From positions 1 through 57,159 of the forward strand of contig JAZQOA010000018.1 in assembly GCA_045627605.1 (NCBI GenBank): DNA of 57,159 nucleotides, in the 5' to 3' direction. Positions 18,525 to 28,129 of the stretch are shown here, in pieces. Made by a program: the position numbers and the translations under genes. The first letter of the stretch is position 1. The number at the start of each line of letters is the position of its first letter. Under the pieces are notes generated by a model. It was not told where the DNA came from and ran no database searches. It saw only the letters and a list, made by a program, of their open reading frames with translations. The DNA is from Kiritimatiellia bacterium (lineage in GTDB: Bacteria; Verrucomicrobiota; Kiritimatiellia; RFP12; JAAYLN01).

Positions 18525-19436
18525 CTATTTCTTCTTCTCGATGACGGACGACGCCGCCTTGATGAAGCCCGCGACGTTGGCGAGGTCCGACGGGATGATC
18601 ATCGTGTTGCCCGTCTTGGCGAGCTTGCCGAACTCAGAGATGTAGCCCTCGGCGAGGCGGAGGTTGACGGCGTCGGAGCCGCCCGGGGTCTGGAGCGCCT
18701 CGGCGATCGTGCGGAGTCCCTGGGCCGTGGCCTCGGCGACGAGCTGGATTTCACGGGCCTTGCCCTCGGCCTCGTTGATGCGGCGGGCCTTCTCGCCTTC
18801 GGACATCGCGATGGCCTGCTGCTTCTCGCCTTCGGCGCGGTTGATCTTCGCCTGGCGGTCGCCCTCCGACTCGGCGATCATGGCGCGCTTTTCGCGCTCG
18901 GCCCTCATCTGCTTCTCCATCGCGTCGCGAATCGTCTGCGGCGGCGTGATGTTCTTGATCTCGTAGCGCGTGACCTTCACGCCCCAGGGGTCGGAGGCCT
19001 TGTCGACGGCCGCGACGATTTCGGCGTTGATGTGCTCGCGCTCCTCGAAGCTGCGGTCGAGATCGAGCTTGCCCATCTCGGAGCGCATCGTGGTCTGCGC
19101 CAGCTGCACCGAGGCGAAGAGGTAGTTGGAGATGCCATACGACGCCTTGGCGGGGTCCATCACCTTGAGGTAGAGGATGCCGTCGACATCGACCGCGATG
19201 TTGTCGCGCGTGATGCACGACTGCGGCGGGACGTCAATCGCCTGCTCCTTGAGCGTGTGCTTGTAGGCGACGCGGTCGATGAAGGGCACGAGGAGGTGGA
19301 AGCCCGCCTCAAGCGTCCCCGAATACCGGCCCAGCCGCTCGATGATGTAGGCGCTCCTCTGCGGGACGACGCGCGCGCATTTGAAAATCGTGACGACCAC
19401 CACGACCATGATTACAATTGCCAGTAACTCTCCCAT
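18525..19436 (-). CDS. SPFH/stomatin-like (paraslipin/QmcA-type) membrane protein
   Basis: N-terminal TM helix, IIERLG, ITRDN, LAQTTMRS, WGVKVTRYEI and QMRAEREKRA. Confidence 0.93.
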   Translation of the reverse strand: MGELLAIVIMVVVVVTIFKCARVVPQRSAYIIERLGRYSGTLEAGFHLLVPFIDRVAYKHTLKEQAIDVPPQSCITRDNIAVDVDGILYLKVMDPAKASYGISNYLFASVQLAQTTMRSEMGKLDLDRSFEEREHINAEIVAAVDKASDPWGVKVTRYEIKNITPPQTIRDAMEKQMRAEREKRAMIAESEGDRQAKINRAEGEKQQAIAMSEGEKARRINEAEGKAREIQLVAEATAQGLRTIAEALQTPGGSDAVNLRLAEGYISEFGKLAKTGNTMIIPSDLANVAGFIKAASSVIEKKK

Positions 19437-19470
19437 TTCCGACTTCCTTTCCTTTTTTGTTTGCCCTGTG

Positions 19471-19914
19471 TTAGCGGACGGGCTTCACGCCAAGCGTGAG
19501 ACCGTTGCGCGAAACGACTTCGACCATCGCCGAGGCGGCGACGGGCTCGGCGCATTCGGCACTCCAGTTGGTACCGCCGAGCTCAACCTTGCCGGGGCGC
19601 CCCGGTTCCAAAGGTTCGACAACCTTGACGATCTTGCCAATGCACTCGTCGTCGTAGTCTACGCCGCTGGCAGCCGCGTGCTTGTTGCCGGAGCCAACGG
19701 CATGCCGCCTGAAAGCCGCAAGCGCCCCCAGGGACAGGACGACGAAAAGCAACGTCTGCCAAACAGAGGGAATGCCGCCGAAAATCCACACGGTCAATCC
19801 CGTGAGCACGGCCCCGGCGCCAAAGAAGATAATCACAAACCCCGGCACGACGAATTCAAGTGCCATCATTATGATTCCCGAAATAAGCCAAAGCATGTAA
19901 GCGGACATGACCAT
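19471..19914 (-). CDS. NfeD-family membrane protein (SPFH partner)
   Basis: WLISG...ALE..PG, three hydrophobic segments and a C-terminal OB-like GKVELGGTNWSA. RBS GGAGG precedes the ATG at 19914. Confidence 0.88.
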   Translation of the reverse strand: MVMSAYMLWLISGIIMMALEFVVPGFVIIFFGAGAVLTGLTVWIFGGIPSVWQTLLFVVLSLGALAAFRRHAVGSGNKHAAASGVDYDDECIGKIVKVVEPLEPGRPGKVELGGTNWSAECAEPVAASAMVEVVSRNGLTLGVKPVR

Positions 19915-19945
19915 GACAACCTCCTTTTCATGTTCCACCATTATA

Positions 19946-20413
19946 CTAAAAAATATCTTTTTTTTCTCGGTTGCAGCCCGCACGGGCATCCCAGCTCCCC
20001 GCGTGAGATATTTTTCCTCTCGCAGAGACATCCGCGTAACAATTGTTGACAATACGCTTGACGCCTTCTTTCAACGTATTCATTCCAAAGTTAATCAGCA
20101 GCCCCACCTGCAAGCCGGAAAGCACAAGATAAGTACGCAATTGCTTGTAAAACACAGGCGACATCTGAGCCACTGACTTCAGTTCAACAACAACGACCTC
20201 ATCCACCAACAGGTCCATGCGAAAAGCATCGGGGATCATGCGTCCTTCATATTGAATCGACAATGCCTTTTGACACTCGACATGATGACCACGCTTCTCC
20301 AACTCAATGGCCAAGATCTTTTCATAAACGCTTTCCAGAAGTCCAGGTCCAAATTGCTGATGGATCTTAATCGCAGCTTCAAGGACATCGCCGGTAATTG
20401 CGTTAATTTCCAT
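19946..20413 (-). CDS. GxxExxY protein (PD-(D/E)XK-like fold)
   Basis: IHQQFGPGLLESVYE, FRMDLLVDEVVVVELKS, QLRTYL and GLLINF. Visibly more AT-rich than its neighbours. The C-terminus reads on through the downstream repeat. Confidence 0.92.
   Translation of the reverse strand: MEINAITGDVLEAAIKIHQQFGPGLLESVYEKILAIELEKRGHHVECQKALSIQYEGRMIPDAFRMDLLVDEVVVVELKSVAQMSPVFYKQLRTYLVLSGLQVGLLINFGMNTLKEGVKRIVNNCYADVSARGKISHAGSWDARAGCNREKKDIF
19999..20036. repeat. Downstream copy of the GxxExxY-flanking repeat core
   Basis: CCGCGTGAGATATTTTTCCTCTCGCAGAG at 19999-20027 is identical to 20621-20649. Confidence 0.92.
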
Positions 20414-20419
20414 CCCGAA

Positions 20420-20649
20420 CTCCCTCCGCGCTCTCCGCGCTCTCCGCGTGAGATATTTTTCCTCTCGCAGAGACCGCAGAGACCGCAGAGACTCCCCCGC
20501 ATTTACCCAAGCCTCCCTCCGCGTTCTCCGCGTGAGACATATTTCCTCTCGCAGAGACCACAGAGGCCGCAGAGACATCCCCGCATTTACCCAAGCCTCC
20601 CTCCGCGCTCTCCGCGTTCTCCGCGTGAGATATTTTTCCTCTCGCAGAG
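20420..20649. repeat. Tandem array of structured repeat units upstream of GxxExxY (93 bp, 84 bp, partial 53 bp)
   Basis: Units start at 20420, 20513 and 20597. Each is a run of 9-mers with core CTCCGCG, then a TGAGA..TTTCCTCT centre, then CGCAGAGAC-type 9-mers, then the linker CCCCGCATTTACCCAAGC. Confidence 0.95.
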
Positions 20650-20683
20650 CTTGAATGCCAAGCCATTTTTGTAATTCTCCCTC

Positions 20684-21883
20684 TCATCTCCGGGCCAGCA
20701 CCACCACGGCGGGGAAGCCGCGCACCCCGTACCGCGCAAGCAGAGCTTCGGCGGCGGGTTCGCCGGGGTCCTCGACCCTGATGCGCAAAAAGGCGCATCG
20801 GGAAAGCAGGTCGGCGACTTCCGGATTGGAAAACGTGTTTTTCTCCATCGTCTCGCAACTGCCGCACCACGAGGCGAAGAAGTCGATGACGACGGGTTTT
20901 CCCGTCGCCTCGGCTTCGGCCAGCGCCGCGTCGAACTGCGTGTACTCATACACGCCGTGGCCTTCGGCATACGTGACGTAGGCGCTGGCCGCGATCTTGA
21001 AGTGCCGAACGGCCAGCAACAACACGACGGCGGCAAAGCCCCATTCCACATACCGCATCCACTTGCCGGGCCGCGGCAACACCGAAAGCCCCGCGCCGAC
21101 AAAAGGCCAGGGAAGCGCCATGCCGCATCCCAGGAGAAGCGGCAGGAACAACGCGGCGGAGTGCCCGGCGGCATAGGAATCGGCGGCATAGACAATCGCG
21201 GCGATGACCGCCGGGGCGACGCAGGCCCCCGCCAACAGCGCCGAGGTGACGCCGACGAGGAAGAGTCCCGCCAGCGAAAGCGACGAGGACGCCCGGCGCG
21301 AAAAGCGCGAGAAGTCAATCGGGAAAAGGCCGAAGAGCGCCAGCGAAAGCACGGCGAAGACCACGCCCACCGCGATGTTGAAGGCGGGCAAGGACTGGAT
21401 CCGGCCAAAGACAGCGCCAGTTTTGACCGCCGCGAAACCGAGCGTCCCGTAGGTCAACGCCAGGGCCGCGCCGTAAACGCAGCCGCGGAGAAGGCCCTCG
21501 CGCCGCGATGCGGCGCGGCGCCCCATGCCCAGCACCGCCAGCTGCACGGGGATCATCGGCAAGACGCAAGGCGAGAGATTGAGGGCGAGCCCGGCGAGGA
21601 AGACGAGGGCGAGCCGCGCAAAGGGACTCCAGGGAGAGGAATCCTCCGGAGACGAGGTCCCCGCCCCTCCTTCACCAAAGGCTGCGGCGCGGAGAAAGGC
21701 GGCGAAATCCGCCGCATTGCGGTAGCCGTGGGAAATTCCGGCGACATCGGCGCGCGAAACCCGCACCAGCACATTGGTGCCGGGCGGCGGGAACTCGCAG
21801 AAATCAGGGGTGCAGATCTGCGCCGGCGCGCAAAGGCAGGCCAGCGACAAGACGGCAACCGCGATTTTCCGAAGTTCCTTCAT
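20684..21883 (-). CDS. DsbD/CcdA-like thiol:disulfide interchange protein with C-terminal thioredoxin domain
   Basis: GLALNLSPCVLPMIP, ACVAP, LPRPGKWM and IDFFASWCGSC. Start at the ATGA overlap (21883). Confidence 0.88.
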   Translation of the reverse strand: MKELRKIAVAVLSLACLCAPAQICTPDFCEFPPPGTNVLVRVSRADVAGISHGYRNAADFAAFLRAAAFGEGGAGTSSPEDSSPWSPFARLALVFLAGLALNLSPCVLPMIPVQLAVLGMGRRAASRREGLLRGCVYGAALALTYGTLGFAAVKTGAVFGRIQSLPAFNIAVGVVFAVLSLALFGLFPIDFSRFSRRASSSLSLAGLFLVGVTSALLAGACVAPAVIAAIVYAADSYAAGHSAALFLPLLLGCGMALPWPFVGAGLSVLPRPGKWMRYVEWGFAAVVLLLAVRHFKIAASAYVTYAEGHGVYEYTQFDAALAEAEATGKPVVIDFFASWCGSCETMEKNTFSNPEVADLLSRCAFLRIRVEDPGEPAAEALLARYGVRGFPAVVVLARR

Positions 21884-22887
21884 TTTGCGAACAAGCCCTG
21901 CCCGGCCACAAGCAACCCAAGGTAGGCCACGTAGACAAGCAACAGGAAGGCCCCCTCGACGCGGTTGATCCGCGCCTTGTAGCCGCGGCAAAACGGGATG
22001 CAAAAGAGCAACAGGACAACCGTGACCGCGATCATGACCGGATAGTCGCGGACAAGCACCATGTGGATCGAAGTCGCGTCATCGCCAAGCGTCATCGGCT
22101 TGACAACGCCCGCCAGGCCGACGACCGCCAGCGTATTGAAGAAGTTGGAGCCGACGATGTTGCCGAGCGCCAAGTCGTGTTCGCGCTTGCGGATGGCGGC
22201 AAGCGAAGAGGCAAGCTCGGGGAGCGAAGTCCCGACCGCGACGATGGTCAGCCCCACGATCAGGTCGGGCACGCCCAGCGCGGCGGCGATTTTGACGGCG
22301 CACTTGACGAGCAACTGGGAACTTCCAATGACCAGGGCGAGCCCCGCGAGAACCTTGGCGCTGGCGCGTCCGAGCGAATCGCAGGACGACGCTTCGGGCG
22401 CGGACGCCGCGCTGTCCGGGCACGTGCGCTCACGGCGTTTCTCCACAATGATATTGTTGGCGAGGAAGGCGAAAAAAAGCACCAGCATGACAATCGCGTC
22501 GACCCGAGAAATCACGCCGTTGGCGAGAAGTCCGCCGCAAACCAACGTGATGCCGAGCAAGACGGGAAGCTCACGGTTCAGCACGCCCGAAGCAACAGTA
22601 ATTGGGCAAATCGCCGCCGTGAGGCCGAGAATGAGGCCGATGTTGGCGATGTTGGAGCCGTAGGCGTTGCCCAGCGAAATGCAGGGATTTCCCTCGAGCG
22701 CGGAAAGGAGCGAAACCATCAGTTCGGGAAGCGACGTCCCGAAACCAATGACAATCATCCCCACGAGAAGCGGTGAAAGACCGCAACGGCGGGCAAGCGA
22801 AGCGGAGCCATCGACGAAGACATCGGCACTCCAAGCCAGCACCGCGAGGCCGACGGCCAATCCAAGCAAAGCCAACCAGATAGACAT
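21880..22887 (-). CDS. Calcium/sodium antiporter (CaCA, YrbG-like)
   Basis: Two alpha-repeats, GTSLPE...GNxxGSN. Confidence 0.93.
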   Translation of the reverse strand: MSIWLALLGLAVGLAVLAWSADVFVDGSASLARRCGLSPLLVGMIVIGFGTSLPELMVSLLSALEGNPCISLGNAYGSNIANIGLILGLTAAICPITVASGVLNRELPVLLGITLVCGGLLANGVISRVDAIVMLVLFFAFLANNIIVEKRRERTCPDSAASAPEASSCDSLGRASAKVLAGLALVIGSSQLLVKCAVKIAAALGVPDLIVGLTIVAVGTSLPELASSLAAIRKREHDLALGNIVGSNFFNTLAVVGLAGVVKPMTLGDDATSIHMVLVRDYPVMIAVTVVLLLFCIPFCRGYKARINRVEGAFLLLVYVAYLGLLVAGQGLFAK

Positions 22888-22923
22888 GTCAAAACTCCCC
22901 TTCTCCTTGCACGACGGCCCCGG

Positions 22924-23697
22924 TCATTTCCCCTGTTTCTGCCGCAGCGCCTCGTACATGACGAGAGCCCCGGCCACCGAGGCGTTGAGCGACGAGACCT
23001 GCCCGAGCATCGGCAGCATCGCGATGAAATCGCACTTCTCGCGGACAAGCCGCGAGATTCCCCTGCCCTCGTTGCCGACGACAAGACCGCAACGCCCCTT
23101 GTAGTCGATCTCGGAGTAGTCCCGGGCGTCGTCGCCGAAATCCAGGCCCGTCACCCACACCTCGTGCTTCTTGACAATGTCGATGGCGCGCACGAGATTC
23201 ACGACCTTGACGACGCAAAGATGCTCGGCGGCGCCGGCGGAAGCACGCACGGCGGCGGGCGTGACGCCGGCTGCCCGGTCCTCCGGGAGGATTACGCCCT
23301 TGACGCCCGAGGCGTCGGCCGTGCGAAGCAGGGAGCCCACATTCTGGGGGTCTTCGATGTGGTCGAGAATGAGAACCGTCGCCTCGGGGTCGTCGTCGAT
23401 CTCGGCGACCAGTTCGTCCAGGCTGCGGTACGGGAAGGACGAGACATTGAGCGCGACGCCCTGGTGGTTGACGTTGCCGAGGAGTTCCGAAATGCCCTTG
23501 CGGTCGGTTGGCCGCGCACGGAGGCCGAAATGCGCCGCCAATGCGCGGATTTCGCCAAGCTCCTCGTCGGCGCAGGCCTCGCGGGCGCTGTCGCTGATGC
23601 GCAAGTCGTTGAACTGGCGGCGCCCCGCGCGGAGCGCCTCCAGGACGGGGCGCCGCCCGTAGAGCCATTCGCCCTTGCCGTTTCCTCGCTTTTCCAT
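22924..23697 (-). CDS. rlmB: 23S rRNA Gm2251 methyltransferase RlmB
   Basis: YGRRPVLEAL, NHQGV, LDHIEDPQNVG, GNEGRG and SLNASVA. Confidence 0.93.
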   Translation of the reverse strand: MEKRGNGKGEWLYGRRPVLEALRAGRRQFNDLRISDSAREACADEELGEIRALAAHFGLRARPTDRKGISELLGNVNHQGVALNVSSFPYRSLDELVAEIDDDPEATVLILDHIEDPQNVGSLLRTADASGVKGVILPEDRAAGVTPAAVRASAGAAEHLCVVKVVNLVRAIDIVKKHEVWVTGLDFGDDARDYSEIDYKGRCGLVVGNEGRGISRLVREKCDFIAMLPMLGQVSSLNASVAGALVMYEALRQKQGK

Positions 23698-23715
23698 GCG
23701 GCGGGTTCCCCGGGG

Positions 23716-24879
23716 TTAGACGATGAAGGCGCCGCGGGAAGGGACGATGGAGAGGATGTCGCACGCGCGCCCGTACTTCGCCTCATAGGCCTTGGCGATG
23801 GCCTTGGCCGCGGCATCGGCGCAATCCCTGCGGACGAGCGCCACGACGCTGCCGCCGAAGCCGCCGCCCGAAAGGCGGGCGCCAAGAACGCCGTCGACCG
23901 TCTTTGGGGTGGCGACGAGGGCGTCAAGCTCCTCGCAGGAGTTTTCGAAATACTTCACGGAGCTTTCGTGCGACGCGTACATCAGCTTGCCGAAGCCGGC
24001 GACATCGCCCTTGGCGAGCAACGCCGCGCCCTCGATGACGCGCTCGTCCTCGCCGATCGGGTGCGCCGCACGAGAGGCGTCGCGTGCGGGCAGGCCGCCG
24101 CGATGCGCCTCCCACTCGGCCCAGGAAACATCACGCAACGCCTTCACGGGGTGGTCGAGTACGCCGCCGAAATACGCGGCGGCCGCCTCGCAGTCCTCGC
24201 GGCGCTGGTTGTAGGCGCCGTCGACAAGCGCATGCTTGGCGTTGGACTTGCAGACGAGGAGGACGCATTCCGCGCCGAGCGGCACGTTCTCGACCGCCAG
24301 CGAGCGGAAATCGGTCTTCACGAGCATGTTCTCGGCGCCGAAGATTGAGGAAATCTGGTCGAGCAGGCCGCACTTCACGCCGGCGAAGGTATGCTCGGCC
24401 TTCTGCCCGATCTTGGCGAAGTCGAGCCTGGTGGCGTCGATGCCGTAGAGACGGGCGATGGCGAGGCCGGTCGTCACTTCGAGCGCGGCGGAACTGGAAA
24501 GTCCCGCGCCCTGGGGAATGTCACCGAGAAAGAGGCCCTTGAAGCCGCGGGGAAACGCGCCGAGCTTGAGCAGCCCCGCGTGGACGCCCATGCAGTAGTT
24601 CGCCCAGGTGTCTTCCGAAACGGGTTTCGGGTCGTCCACGGGGAAGCGCACCTCGTGCATGAGGTCGCCCGCGACGAGGCGGCACTCGGGGCCGTCGTTC
24701 TTCGCGATCGCGAAGAAGGTGCCGTAGTTGATCGCCGCGGAAAGGACGTAGCCCTCGTTGTAGTCGGTGTGGTTGCCGATGACCTCGACACGCCCGGGCG
24801 CGTAGGCCACGACTTCGGGGTCGCAGCCGAAGTGGCCCCGGAAAAGCTTCACTGTTTCGTCGTAGAGTTTCCTGTTCAT
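23716..24879 (-). CDS. galK: Galactokinase
   Basis: APGRVEVIGNHTDYNEG, GAGLSSSAA, CGLLDQ and GARLSGGGFGG. Confidence 0.93.
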   Translation of the reverse strand: MNRKLYDETVKLFRGHFGCDPEVVAYAPGRVEVIGNHTDYNEGYVLSAAINYGTFFAIAKNDGPECRLVAGDLMHEVRFPVDDPKPVSEDTWANYCMGVHAGLLKLGAFPRGFKGLFLGDIPQGAGLSSSAALEVTTGLAIARLYGIDATRLDFAKIGQKAEHTFAGVKCGLLDQISSIFGAENMLVKTDFRSLAVENVPLGAECVLLVCKSNAKHALVDGAYNQRREDCEAAAAYFGGVLDHPVKALRDVSWAEWEAHRGGLPARDASRAAHPIGEDERVIEGAALLAKGDVAGFGKLMYASHESSVKYFENSCEELDALVATPKTVDGVLGARLSGGGFGGSVVALVRRDCADAAAKAIAKAYEAKYGRACDILSIVPSRGAFIV

Positions 24880-24927
24880 AAGTGCTCCTATTTTAACAAA
24901 CGTCTGTTCGGGCGGCAAAAGCACCGC

Positions 24928-26598
24928 CTACTTGCGGCACGTCCGCAAAAGCTCCCGGGCGTGGGCGAGGACGACCGAAGTGATGTCGCTGCCGCCCAGC
25001 ATGCGCGCCAATTCCCCTGCGCGCGCTTCGTCGCCAAGCTCGCGGATCTCGGCCTGCGTGCGCTGACCCTCGACATGTTTCGAGACCGAGAAGTGGACGT
25101 CGCCAAAGGCCGCGACCTGCGGGAGGTGCGTGATGCTCACCACCTGGTGCGACGCCGAAAGCCGGCGCAACTTCTCGCCCACCGCGCGGCCGACCTCGCC
25201 GCCGATGTTGGAGTCGATTTCGTCGAAGACGAGAAGCGGGATCGAATCATGTTCGGCGAGGACGGACTTCGTCGCGAGCATGACGCGGGCGATTTCACCG
25301 CTCGACGCGATTTCGCGCAGCGGCATCGGGGGCTCTCCGGGGTTCGGGGCAAAGGAAAAGACAACTTCGTCCATGCCGGATGAGACAGGTTCGCGGGACT
25401 TGACCGCGACGTCGAAAAAGGACTGGTTGAACCCCAGGGGGCGGAGTTCCTTCGTGATTTCGGCGGCGAGCTTTTTGCCGGCCTTGGCGCGGGCATCCGT
25501 AAGTGACTTGCCGGCGTCGCGCATTTTCGCGTCGGCGGCGGCGATTTCCCCGTCGAGCGCGCCAAGACGCTGCCCGCGCGAAAGGAGGCGGTCGAGCTTT
25601 TCCTTCGAGACAGCGCGTTTGGCGGCGATGTCGTCGAGCGAAGGGCCGTACTTGCGCTTCAGGCGCTGCACGAGCTCCATGCGCGCCTCAAGATTGGCGA
25701 GGAGATCGGGATCGGAGTCGATCTTCACCATGCGGTCCGAGACCGTCCGTGAAAGTTCCTGCACGGCGATCGCCGCCGAAGCGGCTTCCTCGTGCCATGC
25801 GTTGGCGTCGGGCAGGATGCGCCCGAGCTCGGCGAGCTTTTGCTGCACGGAGGCCAGACCATCGAAAACCGACCCCTCGCCATCGGTCAGCGCACCGACA
25901 AGCGCCCCGCCCGCCTCGAGAATCGCGTTGGCGTTGCAGGCCTCCTTGTGGCGTTCGACAAGCGCCTCGCCATCCTCCTCGCCCAGCGCGGCCTTGTCGA
26001 TTTCGTCCACGATGTACGACAGGCGGTCGATTTCGTCCGCGATGTCGTCGCCGCTGTCGCGAAGGAGTTCCCCGCGCTCGGCGATGAGCGCGGCGCGGGC
26101 GTCGAAAAGCGCGGCGTAGCGCGCCTTTAGCGCCCCCGTGTTGCCAAAGGCGTCGAGAAGCGAAAGCTGGTAGTCGGGCGAGAGAAGCGACTGGTGGTCG
26201 TAGGGGCCGTGCATGTCGACCAGGTGCTCGCCAAGGCGGCGGAGCGTCGCGACAGTCGAGGGCGAGTCGTTGATCCAGCATTTGCCGCTGCCCGAGGCGG
26301 AGACGACGCGGCGCACCAGCAGCTGGCTCTCCTCGCAGGGGGGCAGCCCCGCGTCTTCAAGCAGGGCGTCGATGGCGCCGCGCGAGGAGAGCGTAAACGA
26401 CGCCTCGACAGCAAGCTCCTTCTCCCCGCTGCGCACGGCCCCGTGGTCGGCGCGCTCGCCGAGAATCAGGTTCAGGGCGCCGATGAAGACCGACTTGCCA
26501 GACCCCGTCTCGCCCGTGATGATGTTGAGCCCGGGATTGAAGACGACCTCGGCGTTTTCAACGATGGCGAGGTTTCTGACCTTGAGGAAGTTTAGCAT
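24928..26598 (-). CDS. recN: DNA repair protein RecN
   Basis: ITGETGSGKS, DMHG..HQSLL, ASSGEIAR, FDEID and ITHLPQVAA. Confidence 0.96.
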   Translation of the reverse strand: MLNFLKVRNLAIVENAEVVFNPGLNIITGETGSGKSVFIGALNLILGERADHGAVRSGEKELAVEASFTLSSRGAIDALLEDAGLPPCEESQLLVRRVVSASGSGKCWINDSPSTVATLRRLGEHLVDMHGPYDHQSLLSPDYQLSLLDAFGNTGALKARYAALFDARAALIAERGELLRDSGDDIADEIDRLSYIVDEIDKAALGEEDGEALVERHKEACNANAILEAGGALVGALTDGEGSVFDGLASVQQKLAELGRILPDANAWHEEAASAAIAVQELSRTVSDRMVKIDSDPDLLANLEARMELVQRLKRKYGPSLDDIAAKRAVSKEKLDRLLSRGQRLGALDGEIAAADAKMRDAGKSLTDARAKAGKKLAAEITKELRPLGFNQSFFDVAVKSREPVSSGMDEVVFSFAPNPGEPPMPLREIASSGEIARVMLATKSVLAEHDSIPLLVFDEIDSNIGGEVGRAVGEKLRRLSASHQVVSITHLPQVAAFGDVHFSVSKHVEGQRTQAEIRELGDEARAGELARMLGGSDITSVVLAHARELLRTCRK

Positions 26599-26599
26599 A

Positions 26600-28123
26600 T
26601 CAATCCTTGTAGAGGATCATCGTTTTGGCCGGAATTTTCCCTGGATCGACCTTGTCGCCGGTGACGATTGTCCCGTTTGGAAAGAGGAAATGCGTGCCCT
26701 CGTCGCGCCAGCTCGGCCCGCAGATGTTGAACGCCGGGTTTCGCGCGGTAACGGGGCCGCCGACCTTGTAGCCGTTGAAAACCTTGGTGTCGGGTGAAAG
26801 CGCGGCAAGTTTTTCGGCGTTGAGCTCGCTGCCCTTCACGTACTTGCCGTCGGGCGAGACGTAAACGGTGCGCTCGCTGTTCCACTCGTCGCCCAGGATC
26901 GCGTCGAGGGCGGCGTCGGTCGTGCCGGCGATCACCGCCTGCGAAAGGCCCGCGCTGGCGACGGAATCGATCTTTTCAGGTTCGTTGACGTCGCCCTCCG
27001 CAATGGTGACCCTCGTTCCGGCCGGCATAGCCTTCCAGTTCTTGATCTCCGCGCCGGTCTTGCGTGTGCCATCGGGAAATTCATAGAGGGTGGAAGCCGA
27101 GTTGTAGGCGTCGCGGGCAATGTCCCAGGCAGAGCGCCTGGGACCAATGACATTGCCGCCGGACGCGGCTTCCCTCGCGGCGTACCGCGCGGCGGCCTCC
27201 TCCTCGTCGACGGGCGCATGGAGATCGTCGGCGGTTGAGGCCGCGCCCGACGAGCGCGCAACGGGCGTCAGCGCGGGCGGAGACGAAGACCTGGCGGACG
27301 CCGGCCGGACGCCGGAAGTTCCGGCCGCGGGTTTGCCGCCGGGCTTCGCCGAGGCCCCCTTGCCCGAAACCGGCGCGGGCTTGGGCTGCGCAGGCTTCAC
27401 AGGCGTGCGCCTCGATGACGCCCCCCTTCCCTTCTCCACGCTGTAGAGAAGCTGGAAAAGTTCCTTGTCCGCCACGACAAGCCGCCTGGCCTTCACATCG
27501 GGGTCGTAGGCGGGCTTGGAGTTGAGCCCGAGCTGGCGCCGGACAGAGGGGAGCGCCATCCTCATGCCGCAGCGTTTGCGGCCGCGGTGGCTGCGCTTGT
27601 GCCACTGGTTGGGGGCGCCATAGGCCACCATCGAGTGGGTCAGCACCTTGTCGTCGGGGATTTTGTAGGCGGACTTAAGCTCGGCGAGCAGGTCCTTCAG
27701 CGCCTTGTACTGCGCCTGGGTGAGGTTCTTGTTGTGGTAGCCGACGACCTCGATGCCCACGGAGTAGTTGTCGAGCGACGAGAGACCGTTCCACATCGAG
27801 CGCCCGCAATGGTAGGCGACGCGCTTGCGGTCGATGATCCGGTAGATGCGGCCGGCCTCGTCGACCATGTAGTGCGCCTCGCCGTTCTTCTGCAGCTTGG
27901 CGCCCGAACCGCGCGACGACCCCTCGGTCGTGTGCAGGATGATGAAGCGCGTCGAACTGCGAACAGGCCTCTCCTTGTTCTTCGGGCTGTAGTAGGTGTC
28001 GAGCAACGGGACGGCGGCCTGCGCGGCGAAGGCGGCGAGGCAAATGAAAAGCGCCACGCCCCTGCCGGCGGCCGCAAGTGCGGCGGCAAGCAGGCGCCTG
28101 GCGCTTTTCAATGCATGCGGCAT
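26600..28123 (-). CDS. N-acetylmuramoyl-L-alanine amidase (Amidase_2) with Pro/Ala/Ser linker and a repeated C-terminal module
   Basis: Signal peptide, IILHTTE, AHYMV, AYHCG, SVGIE and VLTHS. Confidence 0.85.
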   Translation of the reverse strand: MPHALKSARRLLAAALAAAGRGVALFICLAAFAAQAAVPLLDTYYSPKNKERPVRSSTRFIILHTTEGSSRGSGAKLQKNGEAHYMVDEAGRIYRIIDRKRVAYHCGRSMWNGLSSLDNYSVGIEVVGYHNKNLTQAQYKALKDLLAELKSAYKIPDDKVLTHSMVAYGAPNQWHKRSHRGRKRCGMRMALPSVRRQLGLNSKPAYDPDVKARRLVVADKELFQLLYSVEKGRGASSRRTPVKPAQPKPAPVSGKGASAKPGGKPAAGTSGVRPASARSSSPPALTPVARSSGAASTADDLHAPVDEEEAAARYAAREAASGGNVIGPRRSAWDIARDAYNSASTLYEFPDGTRKTGAEIKNWKAMPAGTRVTIAEGDVNEPEKIDSVASAGLSQAVIAGTTDAALDAILGDEWNSERTVYVSPDGKYVKGSELNAEKLAALSPDTKVFNGYKVGGPVTARNPAFNICGPSWRDEGTHFLFPNGTIVTGDKVDPGKIPAKTMILYKD

Positions 28124-28129
28124 CGGGAA

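Noticed and set aside
20420-20649. Possible CRISPR array
   Set aside because: The sequence between repeats is essentially constant rather than unique spacers, the units are built of 9-mers, and no cas genes are present.
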